NCBI GenBank assembly: GCA_964575575.1 | Contig: CAZNQQ010000002.1 | Span: 1 to 56,981 of the forward strand | Direction of reading: 5' to 3' | DNA length: 56,981 nucleotides | Source of the DNA: an uncultured Candidatus Saccharibacteria bacterium | GTDB taxonomy: Bacteria; Patescibacteriota; Minisyncoccia; Phycocordibacterales; UBA2163 | In this document: one piece after another, positions 1-6,461 of the stretch | Layout of the letters: every line of letters starts with the position of its first letter | Numbering within the stretch: position 1 is the first letter of the stretch | Notes under the pieces: generated by a model | What the model saw: only the letters and a program-made list of their open reading frames with translations | The model's database searches: none | What the model was told of the DNA's origin: nothing | Position numbers and translations under genes: made by a program

Positions 1-1649
1 GCGTTGAATGAATTCATAACAATTTCCCCTGTTACAGCAAGTTTTGCATAAGGGGAGGTGGTGCCGATGCCGATGTTGCCGGATTGTGTTACAGACAATG
101 TATCCCCTGAAGTTAACGTCCATATACGTAAATCATTAGAATTTGCAGGTCGATAAATTGATGATTCCCATGTACTACCTGACAAAAATCTTAATTCGGA
201 TTTACTATCTGAAGCAGCATCAATACCTAGACGAACATGATCACTTGCATTAGATAAATGCAATGTTACTCCTGGCGTCGTCGTCCCAATCCCCACCCGA
301 TTGTTTGTAGAATCTACGTATAGTGTGTTGGTGTTTACCGTAAGGTCACCTGATATTGATGCACTGTCTGCAGTAAGTGAGCTGGAGAATGTTCCACTTG
401 TTCCAGAGAAAGATGAACTTTGTATTGTTGAGTTTGATATTGTTACGTTTCCTAGTTTGTCTATTTTGTTTGTTGGTGCTGATACGTTTGTGTAGTTGTT
501 TATTATTCTTGTTTCGTTAGCTGATGTTAAGCTACTCATGTCTGAATAGATTTTGTTCTGTGACTGCTGTATTGCCAGCTCTAAGTCACTACGTGTAATA
601 CCGCCTACTGTGAGGATTTCTCTAGTTTCTACTATACGTTCTATGACTGGTTGGTTTACTATTGTTTGCCCCGTTAGCTTGTCGTTCGGGGTTTTGGGTC
701 GAGTTGTAACTACCGTTTTCTCTTCAGGAGCTTCTTTTAGAACCTGCACTAAGACCTTACCTTCTATATCGTTATCACAGATAGAGAATTTACATATAAG
801 ATTATTTACTGTTTTGTTTATATAAAGAGCTTCCTCTCTGATGACTAAGCTTATACTATCAGTTATGCTTGCAAATACATTAGCACGTATATTTTGTAGG
901 TTTGTATATGGATTAAGTATACTAGTTACATTAGCAAAAGACTGTGTAGCTATTTTTTTCACACTGGAGTTCATAGAAGCTAGTGAGCTATTTACAGTGC
1001 TAATTACATTATTCTTTAGACTTTCCCATTCTTTTCTATCTCCTTTTGTAAGAAGGTACGTACTATTTGCAGTTTGTGATGCAAAAGGTCTACTCTTCTC
1101 CATACCTTTATGTACATTAAGTGCCACATCTTTACTTACATCTTTAAGTGTAAATATTGAGCTTACTCCAAACCTTGCTGGGTCAAACTTTGAAACTGCA
1201 TCTAAGCTCGTTACAACAGCTTGTGAAAATCTATGGAAACCTGCTTTTGCAATGTTAGTGTCACTTGCAATATATCCACCTAATACAAAAGTGACAGCTA
1301 CTACAAATGCAACACTTTTTTTAAATAATTCTGTTTTAAAAACAGAAGAAACATTTGATCTAAACTTTCTAAAGTCTTCGTTTATCTGTCTTTCTCTTTG
1401 AGAATATTTTAGATCATTAACCCTCTTATCAGATAATTTTTTATGTAATTGTGTTTTTTGAACTTTATTATCTTTTATAAAATTTTGTAAAGAATTCTCT
1501 TCTACATACCAACTTCTTCCAACCTTCTTTCCAAGAACTTTCTTTTGACGCGCAAGCCTAGCTACATAGTCATTTGTATAACCTGAAATCTCTCCTGCAT
1601 ATTTTGAGGAGAGATATTTTTTATTGTTAAATGTTAGTTTCTTATCCAT
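1..1649 (-). CDS. Partial (3' end beyond window) membrane-anchored surface protein. N-terminal excisionase/MerR-like HTH, one TM helix, then a long Ser/Thr/Asn-rich extracellular region with tail-fibre-like G-I-G-T-T-x-P repeats
   Basis: Absent from the ORF track because no stop lies inside the window. My translation of the minus strand from the ATG at 1649-1647 reads MDKKLTFNNKKYLSSKYAGEISGYTNDYVARLARQKKVLGKKVGRSWYVEE, followed by the hydrophobic segment SVAFVVAVTFVLGGYIA. The frame stays open wherever spot-checked: ITRSDLELAIQQSQNKIYSDMSS near 530-600, NRVGIGTTTPGVTLHLSNASDH near 235-300, SGNIGIGTTSPYAKLAVTGEIVMNSFNA at 2-85. Plus-strand ORFs 301-1401 are antisense shadows. Confidence 0.6.
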   Translation of the reverse strand, partial: MDKKLTFNNKKYLSSKYAGEISGYTNDYVARLARQKKVLGKKVGRSWYVEENSLQNFIKDNKVQKTQLHKKLSDKRVNDLKYSQRERQINEDFRKFRSNVSSVFKTELFKKSVAFVVAVTFVLGGYIASDTNIAKAGFHRFSQAVVTSLDAVSKFDPARFGVSSIFTLKDVSKDVALNVHKGMEKSRPFASQTANSTYLLTKGDRKEWESLKNNVISTVNSSLASMNSSVKKIATQSFANVTSILNPYTNLQNIRANVFASITDSISLVIREEALYINKTVNNLICKFSICDNDIEGKVLVQVLKEAPEEKTVVTTRPKTPNDKLTGQTIVNQPVIERIVETREILTVGGITRSDLELAIQQSQNKIYSDMSSLTSANETRIINNYTNVSAPTNKIDKLGNVTISNSTIQSSSFSGTSGTFSSSLTADSASISGDLTVNTNTLYVDSTNNRVGIGTTTPGVTLHLSNASDHVRLGIDAASDSKSELRFLSGSTWESSIYRPANSNDLRIWTLTSGDTLSVTQSGNIGIGTTSPYAKLAVTGEIVMNSFN

Positions 1650-1936
1650 GTCTTTTAGAATGTCTTTTTGAGTTTTTTTATTAGAGCCGAATTACCTATA
1701 TTTTACCTTAAAAAAACGTTAAAAAATGTCCTTTAAAACGCTTAAATGTGGATAACTTTCGTATGGTCGTCCTAACGAAATGTCTTTTATTTTCGTCAAA
1801 CTAAAATTATAATTTTTAATAAAAATTTATAAAAAACACCTCTTAATTTAATTTAAAATTAACTATAATAACTACCTATAAAATATTTAAAATAAAATAG
1901 ATAAAACAGTCTTTTAGAAGCTTATTTAGTAGATAA

Positions 1937-1968
1937 TAAAACAACTCAACATTAAGTTGAGTTGTTTT
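1937..1968 (-). terminator. Rho-independent terminator-like hairpin downstream of CDS 2047..2754
   Basis: 13-bp perfect stem aaaacaactcaac / gttgagttgtttt with a short loop. It is T-rich at the 3' side on the minus strand and sits in an AT-rich intergenic region. Confidence 0.55.
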
Positions 1969-2046
1969 ATTCATATATAAATTATTTTATAACTTAATTA
2001 TATATCGCTATATATAACTATCTTGTCTAAACGAGATTTTTTATAT

Positions 2047-2754
2047 CTAGAAATCTAGAAAGTTGGTTACTCCTGCTAACTGATACTCTGTATCTAGCGT
2101 GTTACCAGAAGAAGCATATCTTATAGTCTGTTGTAACGTAAGTGTACTTGCAACAAATAACAATACTAGAAGTACTAATATAGTTGCTAGAACCTTACTT
2201 ATAGGTAGTCTAATAGGGCTCTTTTGGGGGAGTAATTCTTTCCTTTTAACAATCTGTTTTGTTGGGTTGATAATAGCTTCCTGTTTAACCTCTCGTAAGT
2301 CAACTACAGGACTTTCAATCATGTGTAGTACTGATACTATATCTTCTTCTTCTTTCTCTTGCCCTGAGCTTGTCGAATGGGTTATTTCTTGCACATCATC
2401 TCTAGAGTTTATTTGAACCGCTTCTTCAGAATCTTTCTCTTTTTCTTCTACTACTATAGGCTTTTTATTTAAATTAATATTATTAGAACGGTCATCGTTA
2501 CTATAATACATTGGCTCTAGATCAATTTTTTTATATTCTATAGCTCTGTCAGCTTCCTTTAATTGTTCTTTTTTAAAACTCTTTTTCTGCCCCTTTACTG
2601 CTTCATCATTGATATACCAATTCCTACCAACAAGCTTACATGCCATCTTACCTCCACGACACATTTGCCCGATATAGTCAGTAGTGTAGCCCATTAACTT
2701 CCCTGCTCGCTTAGACGAGATGTACTTGTTTCCTGCGAATATTAGTTCATCCAT
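2047..2754 (-). CDS. Excisionase-like HTH protein with a C-terminal TM anchor; paralog of the N-terminus of CDS 1..1649
   Basis: ORF track 2047..2766. MDELIFAGNKYISSKRAGKLMGYTTDYIGQMCRGGKMACKLVGRNWYINDEAV aligns with the N-terminus of the neighbouring gene, and the G-R-x-W-Y motif is typical of HTH_17/excisionase domains. An acidic/Lys-rich linker follows, then the TM helix VLATILVLLVLLFVASTLTL. Start moved to the MDEL Met by analogy with the paralog; 2766 remains possible. Confidence 0.6.
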   Translation of the reverse strand: MDELIFAGNKYISSKRAGKLMGYTTDYIGQMCRGGKMACKLVGRNWYINDEAVKGQKKSFKKEQLKEADRAIEYKKIDLEPMYYSNDDRSNNINLNKKPIVVEEKEKDSEEAVQINSRDDVQEITHSTSSGQEKEEEDIVSVLHMIESPVVDLREVKQEAIINPTKQIVKRKELLPQKSPIRLPISKVLATILVLLVLLFVASTLTLQQTIRYASSGNTLDTEYQLAGVTNFLDF

Positions 2755-2979
2755 ATTACTTATCATTATACTCTACCCTTAAAATACTTAGTAATCACGA
2801 TATGTGGAAAAGTACAAAAAACCGCCAGTTCCCTGACGATTTTAAATATATTTATAAGCGTAGACATAGTCTTTTTCAAAAGCCTTGCGCAGTCTTGTCT
2901 CAACAAGACGAGCAGAGCAAAATTCGTCGATACGAATTTATGTGTGCTTTTTGGGAAAGAGCTATGTCGAAGCGAAAAG

Positions 2980-4410
2980 CTATTTAATATTTTCTATAAA
3001 GAGCTTTTTCAATACTTCTGGGTTTGCAGAACCTTGGGTTGCTTTCATACCCTGCCCTATCAAAAACTGTAAACTTGCTTCTTTTCCATTTTTATATTCA
3101 GTTACTACTTTTTCGTTTTCTTTAATTATCTTTGCAATAATTTCTTTGAGCTCTCCTTCGTCACTTTTCTGGAATAAGTTTTTCTCCTCTGCGATCTCAC
3201 TCGGCACTCCACCTCTCTCGTACATCTCACTTAGAATATCTTTTGCTCCACGAGATGATATTTCGTTCTTGTGTATCATAGACATTAACTGTGCAAAGTT
3301 TTCTGCAGAAATGTTTTTGTGTAATTTATCGCTCTCTCCACTTCCCTGTTTTACAAGACCTGCAATGTCAGATGTGATGTAATTGGAAGCGGTCTTGATG
3401 AGCTTTTTGTCTTCAGCAAACTCTTTTGAAACTGCATCAAAAAGTTTTGATAAGAATTCGTCTCGTACGAACATGTCTGCATCTTCCCCCTTGATGTCAT
3501 ACTCACTCTGATACCTTTCTCTCTTCTCCCACGGAAGCTCTGGCAAAGAACTCTTCAGATTCTCTTCTTTAAATTCTTCTATCTTACTTATGTGGAGTTT
3601 GGGTAGGTCTGGGTCTGGGAAATATCTGTAGTCAGCAGAACCTTCTTTCATGCGTTGTGAGAAAGTCTCTTGTTTGTCCTCATCCCAACCACGTGTTTCT
3701 TGTACTACCTTGCCACCTTCATCAAGCAGTGTGCTCTGTCTTTTGATCTCATACTCTATAGCTTTTTCTACAACTTTAAATGAGTTAAGGTTTTTAACTT
3801 CCACCTTTGTGCCAAATTCACTGTCTCCTTCTTTCTTAACAGAGATGTTGGCTTCAACGCGCATTTCACCCTTCTCCATGTTTGCGTCTCCTACTTGAAG
3901 CGTACGCAGTAAAAGCTGTAGCTCTTTAGCAAAAAGACTTGCTTGCTTGGCATCTTTAACTACAGGCTCTGTAACAAGCTCCATAAGTGGCACACCAGCT
4001 CTATTGAAGTCTACTAGACTATAGTCGCTATGGTGCGTTGATTTGGCTGTATCTTCCTCTAAGTGTACTCTTGTTATATCAACCCCTGCTAAAGAGCCCC
4101 CTGATACAAGTGGGTACTTGTATTGGCTTATTTGGTATCCTTTTGGAATATCGGGATAAAAATAGTTCTTGCGGTCAAACTCGGTAAAATCGGCTAATTT
4201 GCCACCAAGAGCGGTGCCTACAGTCAAAACATGCTTAACAGCCTCTTTGTTGATAACAGGAAGCGTCCCAGGGTGCCCCATACATATAGGACATATATTT
4301 GTATTAGCTTTTTCTTCATTTGGGTCGTTCTTGGAGCTACAGAACATCTTAGTCTTCGTCTTTAGCTCTGCATGTATTTCAAGCCCAATAGTTGGTATAT
4401 ATTTACTCAT
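2980..4410 (-). CDS. gatB: Asp-tRNA(Asn)/Glu-tRNA(Gln) amidotransferase subunit B
   Basis: 476 aa. Shows IGLEIHAEL, CPICMGHPGTLPV, NYFYPDIPKGYQISQ and a C-terminal GatB/YqeY-type tail. Classic GatB signature. Confidence 0.95.
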   Translation of the reverse strand: MSKYIPTIGLEIHAELKTKTKMFCSSKNDPNEEKANTNICPICMGHPGTLPVINKEAVKHVLTVGTALGGKLADFTEFDRKNYFYPDIPKGYQISQYKYPLVSGGSLAGVDITRVHLEEDTAKSTHHSDYSLVDFNRAGVPLMELVTEPVVKDAKQASLFAKELQLLLRTLQVGDANMEKGEMRVEANISVKKEGDSEFGTKVEVKNLNSFKVVEKAIEYEIKRQSTLLDEGGKVVQETRGWDEDKQETFSQRMKEGSADYRYFPDPDLPKLHISKIEEFKEENLKSSLPELPWEKRERYQSEYDIKGEDADMFVRDEFLSKLFDAVSKEFAEDKKLIKTASNYITSDIAGLVKQGSGESDKLHKNISAENFAQLMSMIHKNEISSRGAKDILSEMYERGGVPSEIAEEKNLFQKSDEGELKEIIAKIIKENEKVVTEYKNGKEASLQFLIGQGMKATQGSANPEVLKKLFIENIK

Positions 4411-4437
4411 AATTAGTATTATAAAGGAAATACAGCA

Positions 4438-5121
4438 CTATTTAAAGTGCTCTTCTTTATATTGTATCTTTCTACCAGCTCGATAGATTTTATATAAAAT
4501 ATACAAAACCCCAAACCCCAAAATAGCTCCTGCTGAATATACTATAAATACAATGTATTGCTTTTGTGTTAGAGCGTCACTTATATAGGAAAATATAAAT
4601 GCAAAAGGAGCTACACCTAAAAATGTAGCTAGCATATATTTTTTAAACGAGATTTTGCTTAAAAGCCCTACCGCATAACTTAGAAGATCGACAGGCATGA
4701 CCATCCGCAAAAGCACTAAACCCCAAAACTCTATCTTGCCTGACAAATACTCTTCATACTTTTCTATCTTCTCGATAGAAATAAACAAAGAGAGAAAAGG
4801 TTTGCCCAAATGACGCGCTATGACAAATGCTATAAGTGAACCGAGCAACCAACCTAAAGTAGCATACACACTTACAAGTAGTGGCCCGAAGATAGCACTT
4901 CCAGGCACTATAAGAGGTAATGCAGTAAGCGGCACAAGGACTGTTATCAGCGCAAAGACTACAATAAAAAATATTGTACCCAAAAGATCGCCTTTTATAA
5001 ACTGACTTAAGTAGTCAATAATATCGGCTCTGCTACCAAAATATACTGCAAGTCCTACAAGAACTATAAATATAATGTGATGTGATTTTATTGATTTCCA
5101 AATTTTTTGAAAAGATACCAT
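4438..5121 (-). CDS. TVP38/TMEM64 (DedA-related, SNARE-associated) family membrane protein
   Basis: 227 aa, polytopic. Motif LPLIVPGSAIFGPLLVSVYATLGWLLGSLIAFVIARHLGKPF is typical of the YdjX/TVP38 family. Confidence 0.8.
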   Translation of the reverse strand: MVSFQKIWKSIKSHHIIFIVLVGLAVYFGSRADIIDYLSQFIKGDLLGTIFFIVVFALITVLVPLTALPLIVPGSAIFGPLLVSVYATLGWLLGSLIAFVIARHLGKPFLSLFISIEKIEKYEEYLSGKIEFWGLVLLRMVMPVDLLSYAVGLLSKISFKKYMLATFLGVAPFAFIFSYISDALTQKQYIVFIVYSAGAILGFGVLYILYKIYRAGRKIQYKEEHFK

Positions 5122-5125
5122 TTAA

Positions 5126-5335
5126 TTACAGGCCAAACAATGATTTCCATGCGTCCCAAATGTTTGCTGATGTTCCATCATCTGAAGTATTTGTTGTATC
5201 GGCAGGTGGCGGTTCTGGAGCAGGTTCAGGCTCTGGTTCGTGTTCTTCAGCTGAAGCTACTCCTATATTAAAAATGAATAAAGAAAAACATACTAAAAGA
5301 ACAAGTCCTATAGTAGTGACTAAACTTTTTTTCAT
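5126..5335 (-). CDS. Small secreted Pro/Glu-rich protein (signal peptide plus EPEPEPAPEPPP tract)
   Basis: ORF track 5126..5368. The internal start MKKSLVTTIGLVLLVCFSLFIFNIGVASA gives a canonical signal peptide, with a low-complexity PE-rich mature part. No recognisable family. Confidence 0.5.
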   Translation of the reverse strand: MKKSLVTTIGLVLLVCFSLFIFNIGVASAEEHEPEPEPAPEPPPADTTNTSDDGTSANIWDAWKSLFGL

Positions 5336-5476
5336 GAAGCATGAAAAAGTATTTGTATTTGTGTACATATTAAAAGTGTGGACTATATAATAAGCCCGTA
5401 AATAATGTTAATAATAGACTGACACAAATATTATCGCACCATAAACTCAACAAAACCACTAACTTATCCCCACAGA

Positions 5477-5650
5477 CTATTTCCAGTCGGAGATGAGTAT
5501 TTTATCCTTTCCGTACTGCTTAACCTCCACCTTTTGCCTTTCCCGCCAACTCATATTACGAATTATTTCTATTGGAATAGTAATATAGTAAGACCCTTTT
5601 GACTTTTGAATATTTCTAATATGATTGTTATTTAATTTTCTTCTTGCCAT
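5477..5650 (-). CDS. AbrB/MazE/SpoVT-type swapped-hairpin DNA-binding protein, 57 aa (below the ORF-track length cut-off)
   Basis: My translation: MARRKLNNNHIRNIQKSKGSYYITIPIEIIRNMSWRERQKVEVKQYGKDKILISDWK, then TAG at 5479-5477. The pattern x-Y-x-I-T-I-P-x-E-I-x-x-x-x-x-W-x-x-x-x-K-V-E-V matches the AbrB/MazE fold consensus. Confidence 0.55.
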   Translation of the reverse strand: MARRKLNNNHIRNIQKSKGSYYITIPIEIIRNMSWRERQKVEVKQYGKDKILISDWK

Positions 5651-5670
5651 AGTTATATTATAAAAGAATA

Positions 5671-5702
5671 CTAGGATTAATCCTAGGGATAACCCTAGGA
5701 TT
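5671..5702. promoter_or_regulatory. Overlapping palindromes (candidate operator) upstream of the AbrB-like gene
   Basis: Perfect 16-bp palindrome CTAGGATTAATCCTAG at 5671-5686. It overlaps the 8-bp inverted arms TCCTAGGG / CCCTAGGA at 5681-5700. A third CTAGGATT lies at 5695-5702. The site sits 21-52 bp upstream of the ATG at 5650, just upstream of a TATAAT at 5657-5662 (minus strand). Confidence 0.4.
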
Positions 5703-5738
5703 CTATGGTGTTGGTGAGTTTTTTACTTCCTATATCTT

Positions 5739-5761
5739 ACTTAGGAACCCTGCCACTAAGT
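5739..5761 (+). repeat. Hairpin repeat copy A (ACTTAGGAACCCTGCCACTAAGT), overlaps the transposase stop codon
   Basis: 6-bp stem ACTTAG/CTAAGT with an 11-nt loop. One mismatch to copy B. Confidence 0.85.
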
Positions 5762-6403
5762 AACTAGAAGTTCTTCTAACTCTTTTTCTTCTTCTCTTTG
5801 TTTCTTTATACTTACTAGTAATTCTTCTGCAAATTTTTTATATTCTTTTTTGTTATCAAATTGATCTAAAACGATATCCTTTTTACAGAAATTATTATTC
5901 CCCTTTCCAACATATTCATCCCAACTAGATTTTATCAACTTAGGAACCTTGCCACTAAGTGAGTGAACTTTATAGTTTAGATTTACATATACACTATTAT
6001 GTAACAAGTGATCTTCTGGAGACAAATAAACTGCTTTAAATTTCCCTTGAAATAATGCTCCGCTCCTTTTATATTTCAAATTAAAATATCTTGAATATCC
6101 TCCTATTCTTTGCATAAATTTTGGTATACCATTATCAACAAGTTGTTCCAATATAAAATGAAAGTGATTTGGATTTAAACAATAACAAATTACATTTACT
6201 AATTTATCTTGATGATTATTTTTATTTTTGTGAAATGAATTTTTGTGGATACTACCTATCGGATCAACCACATTAAATTCTTCCATACTTTTAAAAAATC
6301 TTTCAATGTCATTACTGTCTAAAAATATGTCTCGTTTATCTACACCACGATTAAAAACATGAAAAAATTCACCATTTGCAAATTCAAATTTCCTTATAGA
6401 CAT
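5756..6403 (-). CDS. HUH-Y1 single-strand DNA transposase, IS200-like / REP-associated tyrosine transposase (RAYT)-like (COG1943 type)
   Basis: 215 aa. Shows FHVFNRG, the HUH motif in YCLNPNHFHFILEQ, a Tyr-containing block GGYSRYFNLKYKRSGALFQGKFKA, and a C-terminal SSWDEY block typical of this family. Confidence 0.8.
   Translation of the reverse strand: MSIRKFEFANGEFFHVFNRGVDKRDIFLDSNDIERFFKSMEEFNVVDPIGSIHKNSFHKNKNNHQDKLVNVICYCLNPNHFHFILEQLVDNGIPKFMQRIGGYSRYFNLKYKRSGALFQGKFKAVYLSPEDHLLHNSVYVNLNYKVHSLSGKVPKLIKSSWDEYVGKGNNNFCKKDIVLDQFDNKKEYKKFAEELLVSIKKQREEEKELEELLVT
5938..5960 (+). repeat. Hairpin repeat copy B (ACTTAGGAACCTTGCCACTAAGT), inside the transposase CDS
   Basis: Exact reverse complement of copy C. 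Lies in the codons for HSLSGKVPKL. Confidence 0.85.
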
Positions 6404-6426
6404 ACTAAAATATTACAAAATGTATT

Positions 6427-6449
6427 ACTTAGTGGCAAGGTTCCTAAGT
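6427..6449 (+). repeat. Hairpin repeat copy C (ACTTAGTGGCAAGGTTCCTAAGT), between the secA stop and the transposase start
   Basis: Perfect inverted copy of B, and an inverted copy of A with one mismatch. Confidence 0.85.
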
Positions 6450-6461
6450 GAATAAGTTATT

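Larger units (their letters stand above)
5739..6449 (-). mobile_element. Candidate minimal IS200/RAYT-type unit: Y1 transposase gene bracketed by inverted copies of a 23-nt hairpin-forming repeat
   Basis: The 23-mers at 5739-5761 and 6427-6449 are inverted repeats with one mismatch and enclose the whole transposase CDS. No target-site duplication could be identified by eye. Confidence 0.5.

Noticed and set aside
301-1401. Three plus-strand ORFs in the track (301..495, 553..825, 841..1401)
   Set aside because: They lie antisense to a long open minus-strand frame with a coherent HTH-TM-repeat architecture. Their own translations are low-complexity and hydrophobic, with non-ATG starts. Treated as shadow ORFs.
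1747-1755. DnaA-box-like sequences: a perfect TGTGGATAA at 1747-1755, with one-mismatch variants at 9493-9502 and 5464-5474. Possible replication origin?
   Set aside because: They are single, widely separated boxes. No cluster, no adjacent AT-rich unwinding repeats and no dnaA/dnaN context are present. The pattern is compatible with chance or isolated regulatory sites, not oriC.
1745-1790. Shared motif between the 1745-1790 and 10620-10650 intergenic regions (AGAC-TTTCGTTAG-...-AAAGT-...-CACAT on the minus strand)
   Set aside because: The exact shared core is only 9 nt, and a match of that length is expected by chance between two AT-rich regions of a few hundred nt. Flank similarity is patchy. 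Noted only in case a genome-wide motif search recovers it.
2802-2987. 61-aa plus-strand ORF in the gatB / HTH-gene intergenic region, together with two small hairpins (2892-2908 and 2920-2939)
   Set aside because: The ORF has no SD or recognisable domain and overlaps the gatB 3' end. The hairpins have short stems and poor T-tracts, so I did not call them terminators, although one may terminate gatB weakly.
5477-5650. Type II toxin-antitoxin module built around the AbrB/MazE-like ORF
   Set aside because: No toxin-like ORF (PIN, MazF, Doc, RelE) is adjacent on either side in any frame I could read. Only the orphan regulator interpretation is reported.
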